Positions 59,358 through 64,000 of a stretch of DNA of 64,000 nt are shown here, in pieces. Source of the DNA: Myxococcota bacterium (lineage in GTDB: Bacteria > Myxococcota_A > Bradymonadia > UBA7976 > UBA1532); NCBI GenBank assembly GCA_036337435.1, contig JAYZEG010000095.1, forward strand, positions 33,606-97,605, read 5' to 3'. The stretch's first letter is position 1. Each line of letters opens with the position of its first letter. Position numbers and translations under genes: made by a program. Under the pieces are notes generated by a model. The model had not been told where the DNA came from, made no database searches, and saw only the letters and a program-made list of their open reading frames with translations.

Positions 59358-60040
59358 GTTGTCACGGCTCCGGAATCAACAAGACGTCCATCCTCGATTT
59401 GAATCACTCGCTTGGCTGCATCTGACACACGCCGCTCGTGAGTAATGATGATGATGGTATATCCCTCATGATTTAGCCGCTCAAACGTTTCAATAATTTG
59501 GTGGCCTGTCTTCGTATCAAGACTCCCTGTTGGTTCGTCACAGAGAAGGATTTTTGGTTGGAAAAACAGAGCTCTCGCGATGGCGACACGCTGCTTTTGA
59601 CCACCGCTTAGATTGTTTGGGTTTTCCCCTGTTTTTGACTCCAACCCCAGAGTTTTGAGCGCGTCCTTTGCGGTCTCAAGTGGATTCGATTTCCGGTCTT
59701 TTGGAGGGGCAAATGCATTTGGTAAAGCCACATTTTCTGCGGCGGTCAGGTGGTCCAGTAAATTAAAATGCTGGAAGACGAAACCGATGGACTGGTTCCG
59801 AAATCGAGCGAGCTCTTGATCAGATAAATCACCCAGATTCTTGCCGTCGACCAGAACTGAGCCCGAGTAGTCGCGGTCCAAACCGCCCATGATGTTCAAC
59901 AGCGTGGTCTTACCGGACCCGCTCGTGCCGACAATGGCGACAAACTCACCCGCCTCGATTGTCAAATCAACCTCGCGCAGGGCAAACTCATCTTGAGTCG
60001 ACTGCTGGTATTTTTTACTGACTTGAGTAAGCGTAATCAT
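59354..60040 (-). CDS. ABC ATP-binding protein (LolD/MacB-like)
   Basis: GTSGSGKT, IGFVFQ, LSGGQKQR, CDEPTG, ITH. Confidence 0.93.
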   Translation of the reverse strand: MITLTQVSKKYQQSTQDEFALREVDLTIEAGEFVAIVGTSGSGKTTLLNIMGGLDRDYSGSVLVDGKNLGDLSDQELARFRNQSIGFVFQHFNLLDHLTAAENVALPNAFAPPKDRKSNPLETAKDALKTLGLESKTGENPNNLSGGQKQRVAIARALFFQPKILLCDEPTGSLDTKTGHQIIETFERLNHEGYTIIIITHERRVSDAAKRVIQIEDGRLVDSGAVTT

Positions 60041-60158
60041 GGAAGGCTATTTAGTACGGACTCACGGTTCTGTAAACGATCCTGCTGTTTCCCATTGAAT
60101 GGGTGCGACTTGTCTCCCAGCTTGCTAGAGTGGGTACTGGGTAAGTTGAGGACGATTC

Positions 60159-60683
60159 ATGATGTGGTATTCAGAACAAATCAGGCGGTCATTCGGTCTC
60201 GGGAGACTCGTGTTTTTTCTGGCTTTAAGCTGTCAATTAATGGCCCTGTCACCGGCAAGAGCACAATTTGAGCAAGGCGATGTGCAAATTTCTGCGGGTG
60301 GTGGTGGAAGTTCTTTAGGATTTGGGCTGAGTGGAACCATCGGCTACTACGTTCTCGATGGTGTTGAAACATCCCTAGGGCTTGGCTATTGGTCTCTTGA
60401 CGACACAAGCCTAGTTCAAGTCACACCCGGCGTTCGTTATGTCATCGATGCCGACTCGTTTAGACCTTACGTTGGCACATTTTATCGTCGTTGGTTTTTT
60501 ACCAACGATGTATATGAGGATACTGAGAGTGTCGGAGTGCGCGCTGGCACATTTATATTCGCAGGCAGACGGACGATGCTAGGGTTAGGTGTGATCAGTG
60601 AAAAACTACTGGATTGCCCATTCACGGACGAGGACGACTGTACGTCCGTCTATCCAGAGTTTTCGCTGGCGTTGAGCTTCTGA
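60159..60683 (+). CDS. Small outer-membrane beta-barrel-like protein
   Basis: Signal peptide ending ARA; alternating strands; C-terminal Phe. Confidence 0.65.
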   Translation: MMWYSEQIRRSFGLGRLVFFLALSCQLMALSPARAQFEQGDVQISAGGGGSSLGFGLSGTIGYYVLDGVETSLGLGYWSLDDTSLVQVTPGVRYVIDADSFRPYVGTFYRRWFFTNDVYEDTESVGVRAGTFIFAGRRTMLGLGVISEKLLDCPFTDEDDCTSVYPEFSLALSF

Positions 60684-60695
60684 AACATTAGGACT

Positions 60696-61724
60696 ATGCC
60701 AATGGTAGTTTGTGATTTGCGTTCGGACACGGTCACTCAACCAACGATTGCGATGCGACAAGCCATGTTTGATGCAGCGGTCGGTGACGATGTCTTCGAT
60801 GAAGACCCAAGCATTCATCGATTGCAAGATCGTGTTGCAGCGTTGGCGAAGATGGATGCAGGGCTTTATGTTCCTTCGGGAACGATGGCCAATCAAATTG
60901 CTCTGCTCCTACATTGTCGAGCTGGTGATGACGTGCTGTTGGGAGAGAACTCGCATATTTACCTGTATGAGAGCGGAGCAGGGGCAGCCATCGCCGGCGT
61001 CCAATTTACGTCCGTCGGTCGGGGCGGTCACTTCACCGCCTCCGAGCTGAGGGGGGCCATCAAGACCACGGATGCTGCAGGCCATGTGCCGCCGTCGACA
61101 TTGGTCAGCGTTGAGAATACCCATAATCGAGGCGGGGGCTTGGTGATGCCCGTTGAGCAATTTGCGGAGATCATTGACGTTGCACGAGAGTTTCGCTTGG
61201 GCGTTCACATCGATGGTGCGCGAATTTTTAATGCCGCTGCGGCCCTGGGTTGCGGCATTCATGAATGGACCGAACGAGCCGATACGGTGTCCATTTGTTT
61301 GTCTAAAGGACTGGGAGCCCCCGTTGGCTCCGTACTCTGCGGGTCCGCACAGTTGATGAGTCGAGCTAAGCGATACCGGAAGATGCTTGGCGGAGGTATG
61401 CGGCAGGCGGGTCTGATCGCGGCAGCAGGGCTGCATGCGATTGAAAACCACATCCCGGGTCTGAAGGACGACAATCGACGAGCCTTCGAATTCGCGTGTG
61501 CCCTCGATTCAATGCCAAGAGCGCAAATTAAACCTGATTCCGTCAAGTCCAACATTGTGATTTTCACTGTTGATGGGTCGGCGCAGGCGGTCTGCGACGC
61601 AGTCGCAGGCTCTGTTCGCGTCTTGCCCATCAGCGACACTCAGATCAGGGCTGTTTTTCATCACGAAGTCGATGACAAAGCATTGGCCCAGACTATCGAC
61701 GCCTTTCGACGTGTTTTGAGCTGA
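60696..61724 (+). CDS. ltaE: Low-specificity L-threonine aldolase
   Basis: DLRSDTVT, VGDDV, SGTMANQ, ENTHN, HIDGARIFNA, SKGLGAPVGS, GGGMRQ. Confidence 0.93.
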   Translation: MPMVVCDLRSDTVTQPTIAMRQAMFDAAVGDDVFDEDPSIHRLQDRVAALAKMDAGLYVPSGTMANQIALLLHCRAGDDVLLGENSHIYLYESGAGAAIAGVQFTSVGRGGHFTASELRGAIKTTDAAGHVPPSTLVSVENTHNRGGGLVMPVEQFAEIIDVAREFRLGVHIDGARIFNAAAALGCGIHEWTERADTVSICLSKGLGAPVGSVLCGSAQLMSRAKRYRKMLGGGMRQAGLIAAAGLHAIENHIPGLKDDNRRAFEFACALDSMPRAQIKPDSVKSNIVIFTVDGSAQAVCDAVAGSVRVLPISDTQIRAVFHHEVDDKALAQTIDAFRRVLS

Positions 61725-61725
61725 C

Positions 61726-62622
61726 TTGTACAGCGTCCTCAGATCCTCTGTATTCCTTTGCCTGGCCAGCATGGCTCTGGCTTGCGGCGGTCATGGACCT
61801 CGCGTCGCGGCAGATGAAGACATGGCGCGTACTCTCTTGCGACTGGCGCGCGAAACTCACGAAGAACACCCTTCAGCGAGAGTAAAAGCGTTGTACGAGG
61901 TTGCAAAAGCTTATCCAAGCAGTCAATCTGCGCCGATCGCTTTGCAGCAGGCCACCCGCATAGCCATCAACGCCGGTCATACAGAGACGCAAACGTGGCT
62001 TGCATCAAAGTTGACGAAGTTATCTGAACCGCCAGGCAGTCTGAGTGCGGAGTGCCTTTGGTTAAATGCACGATTGATGATCGAAGGACTTGGCGATTAC
62101 CCAGCGGCCAGGCAGCTTTTACGTCGTTTGTACACCCAACATGCAATCAGTCCGAGAGCGGACAATGCGCTTTGGACACTCGCTGACCTCTACCGCGCGG
62201 TGGGTGCATGGAAGCACGCCCACAAAACCTACCGTATCCTTGCGCAGCATCGTCTCGACCGGGGCTGGTTGATCGGCAGCTTACGGAGTCCATACACAGC
62301 TCAAGCCGCGTTGTTGAAGGCGGATATCGAAGCTTACATTTTCGACGACTTTCCCGCAGCGGTGGGGTCTTATCGGTCATTTTTGACTCATTTTAATGAC
62401 AGTCTGTTCATGGACGATGCATTGCTATCGCTTGCATATTGCTACCTTAGAACCCACGAAAAAAACGCTGCAGAAGACGTACTGGCTCAACTAGACAAGC
62501 GCGCATTAAGTACCAGACAATCCGAAATTTTACGTGCGCTGCGAAAGGTGCCGGACGCTCAAATCCCCATCCCAAAACGGCTTTATTCAACAGTCTCACC
62601 TCACCCGAAGAGGCTCCGATGA
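61726..62622 (+). CDS. TPR lipoprotein (BamD/CpoB-like helical repeats)
   Basis: Lipobox ALAC; YPSS, SPRADNAL, DDAL TPR-like units. Confidence 0.7.
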   Translation: MYSVLRSSVFLCLASMALACGGHGPRVAADEDMARTLLRLARETHEEHPSARVKALYEVAKAYPSSQSAPIALQQATRIAINAGHTETQTWLASKLTKLSEPPGSLSAECLWLNARLMIEGLGDYPAARQLLRRLYTQHAISPRADNALWTLADLYRAVGAWKHAHKTYRILAQHRLDRGWLIGSLRSPYTAQAALLKADIEAYIFDDFPAAVGSYRSFLTHFNDSLFMDDALLSLAYCYLRTHEKNAAEDVLAQLDKRALSTRQSEILRALRKVPDAQIPIPKRLYSTVSPHPKRLR

Positions 62623-63344
62623 TTCAGTTTGAAAAAGTATCCATCGGGTTTGATAAAGCCGTACTTAAAGATGTCACATTTAAGCTACCCAGTGGTTCAA
62701 TGCTTGGGCTGATCGGCCCAGGGGGTGTCGGCAAAAGCGTGCTCCTGAAATTATGTTGTGGCTTGCTGGAACCAGAGTCCGGACGAATCAGTCTTGGTGA
62801 TGTGGAATTGACGGGCCAAAGCGAGCAAAAATTGGCGCAAGTGCGACAAGGGGTCGGCATGGCGTTCCAAAATACAGCCTTGTTTGATTTCATGACCGTT
62901 GGAGAGAACATTGCGTTTCCCCTTCGTCAGCAAGGCGGGCTCGCTGACGGAGAGATTGAAACCCGCGTGGCTGATTCTTTAACTAAAGTCAGCTTGCCTT
63001 CCATCGCGAACCTGAGTCCGTCCGCGTTATCGGGTGGTATGAAAAAACGGGTGGCATTGGCTAGAGCGATGATTCATCGACCGCCGTACGTGTTTTGCGA
63101 TGACCCAACGGCAGGCCTGGATCCAGTCACCTCGAGTCGGATCTTTAGAATGATCGACGACATCCGTCGGCAATATGGGTCAACATGCGTTGTGGTGAGC
63201 CACGATACGGAGGGTTTGTTCAAACGATGTGATTTCGTCGGTTTCCTCTGCGACGGATCGATGGCTTATTTTGGGCCGACTCAAGATGCGATGACGCATA
63301 AAGCGGTCGCGGAATTCATCCTTGGAAAGGCGGCTAAACTATGA
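62619..63344 (+). CDS. mlaF: MlaF-like ABC ATP-binding protein
   Basis: GPGGVGKS, FQNTALFD, LSGGMKKRVALAR, DDPTAGLDP; adjacent to mlaE. Confidence 0.85.
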   Translation: MIQFEKVSIGFDKAVLKDVTFKLPSGSMLGLIGPGGVGKSVLLKLCCGLLEPESGRISLGDVELTGQSEQKLAQVRQGVGMAFQNTALFDFMTVGENIAFPLRQQGGLADGEIETRVADSLTKVSLPSIANLSPSALSGGMKKRVALARAMIHRPPYVFCDDPTAGLDPVTSSRIFRMIDDIRRQYGSTCVVVSHDTEGLFKRCDFVGFLCDGSMAYFGPTQDAMTHKAVAEFILGKAAKL

Positions 63345-64000
63345 GTTTTGGGTCTTTCATGCGTTCAGCCAGTGAGATGGTCACCCTGCTGCTGGTTTTG
63401 TCTAAGGGGGCTTTGGGACGACGCTTCGACGCGCGTGAGACTTGGCAGCAGCTCTATCTCGTTGGGGTTCGTTCATTGCCAATCGTGATTGTAACAGCCA
63501 TTTTCGCAGGCGGGATTTCTGCGATTCAAGTCAGTGCCCATGTGGTCCGATTTCAAGCGTATGATGCGGTGGGGTGGGGCTTTGGCTTCGTTGTTTTTAG
63601 AGAACTCGGGCCATTACTCATTGGCCTCATGTTTAGTGGACGAGTGGGTGCTTTTAATGCCGCTGAGCTCGGGACGATGAAGGTAACAGAGCAGCTCGAT
63701 GCTCTGAGGGTTCTCGCCATCAATCCGTTGGATTACTTGGTGGGTCCAAGGATTGTGGCAATGGTTGTCATGATGACAGCCCTGGTCATGGTTGGAAATG
63801 TGTTTGCATTGCTGGGCGGGATGCTGACAGCTCAATTACTTGTCGATGTCGACCCAATGGTTTTTTGGATATCGCTGACTGACTATGTCCGTCCAGTTGA
63901 TTTGTTCAACGGACTCGCGAAAGCCAGCCTCTTCGGTCTTGTCATCGGTCTGGTCAGTTGTCGGTATGGCTTGTCTGTACATGGGGGCGCACCTGGTGTC
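63341..64000 (+). CDS. mlaE: MlaE family ABC permease, truncated by window edge (absent from ORF track)
   Basis: Manual translation from ATG 63341: ...RELGPLLIGLMFSGRVGAFNAAELGTMKVTEQLDALRVLAINPLDYLVGPR. Confidence 0.92.
   Translation, partial: MSFGSFMRSASEMVTLLLVLSKGALGRRFDARETWQQLYLVGVRSLPIVIVTAIFAGGISAIQVSAHVVRFQAYDAVGWGFGFVVFRELGPLLIGLMFSGRVGAFNAAELGTMKVTEQLDALRVLAINPLDYLVGPRIVAMVVMMTALVMVGNVFALLGGMLTAQLLVDVDPMVFWISLTDYVRPVDLFNGLAKASLFGLVIGLVSCRYGLSVHGGAPGV

Noticed and set aside
1..64000. tRNA, rRNA, CRISPR arrays, transposases, integrases, phage or defence genes
   Set aside because: None recognised by eye; nearly all sequence is accounted for by CDSs and the intergenic gaps are short

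Overview
Gene-dense bacterial chromosomal window, about 57 CDSs, with moderate GC. Several hallmarks point to Myxococcota or a related deltaproteobacterial lineage: a MYXO-CTERM-like anchor, PEGA proteins, a PEGA-bearing Ser/Thr kinase and many Cys-rich lipoproteins. Housekeeping genes include rbgA/ylqF, msrB, thiI with a cysteine desulfurase, hemW-grpE-dnaK-dnaJ, ampG, topA, thiL, arfB, ltaE and mlaF/mlaE. I saw no rRNA, tRNA, CRISPR array or mobile element. The main oddities are: (1) two translationally coupled membrane histidine kinases with reciprocal defects, one with an intact ATPase domain but Asp in place of the phospho-His and one with the His but no ATP-binding motifs, suggesting an obligate heterodimeric split kinase in an operon with no response regulator; (2) a FIST sensor gene interrupted by one in-frame TGA; (3) a tri-heme c-type cytochrome lipoprotein locus divergent from a PHM-like copper monooxygenase; (4) a NifA-like activator with GALPGA instead of GAFTGA and a Walker B DG; (5) an ABC permease carrying a 16-Cys insertion. 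Family assignments come from motif recognition by eye, not database searches.
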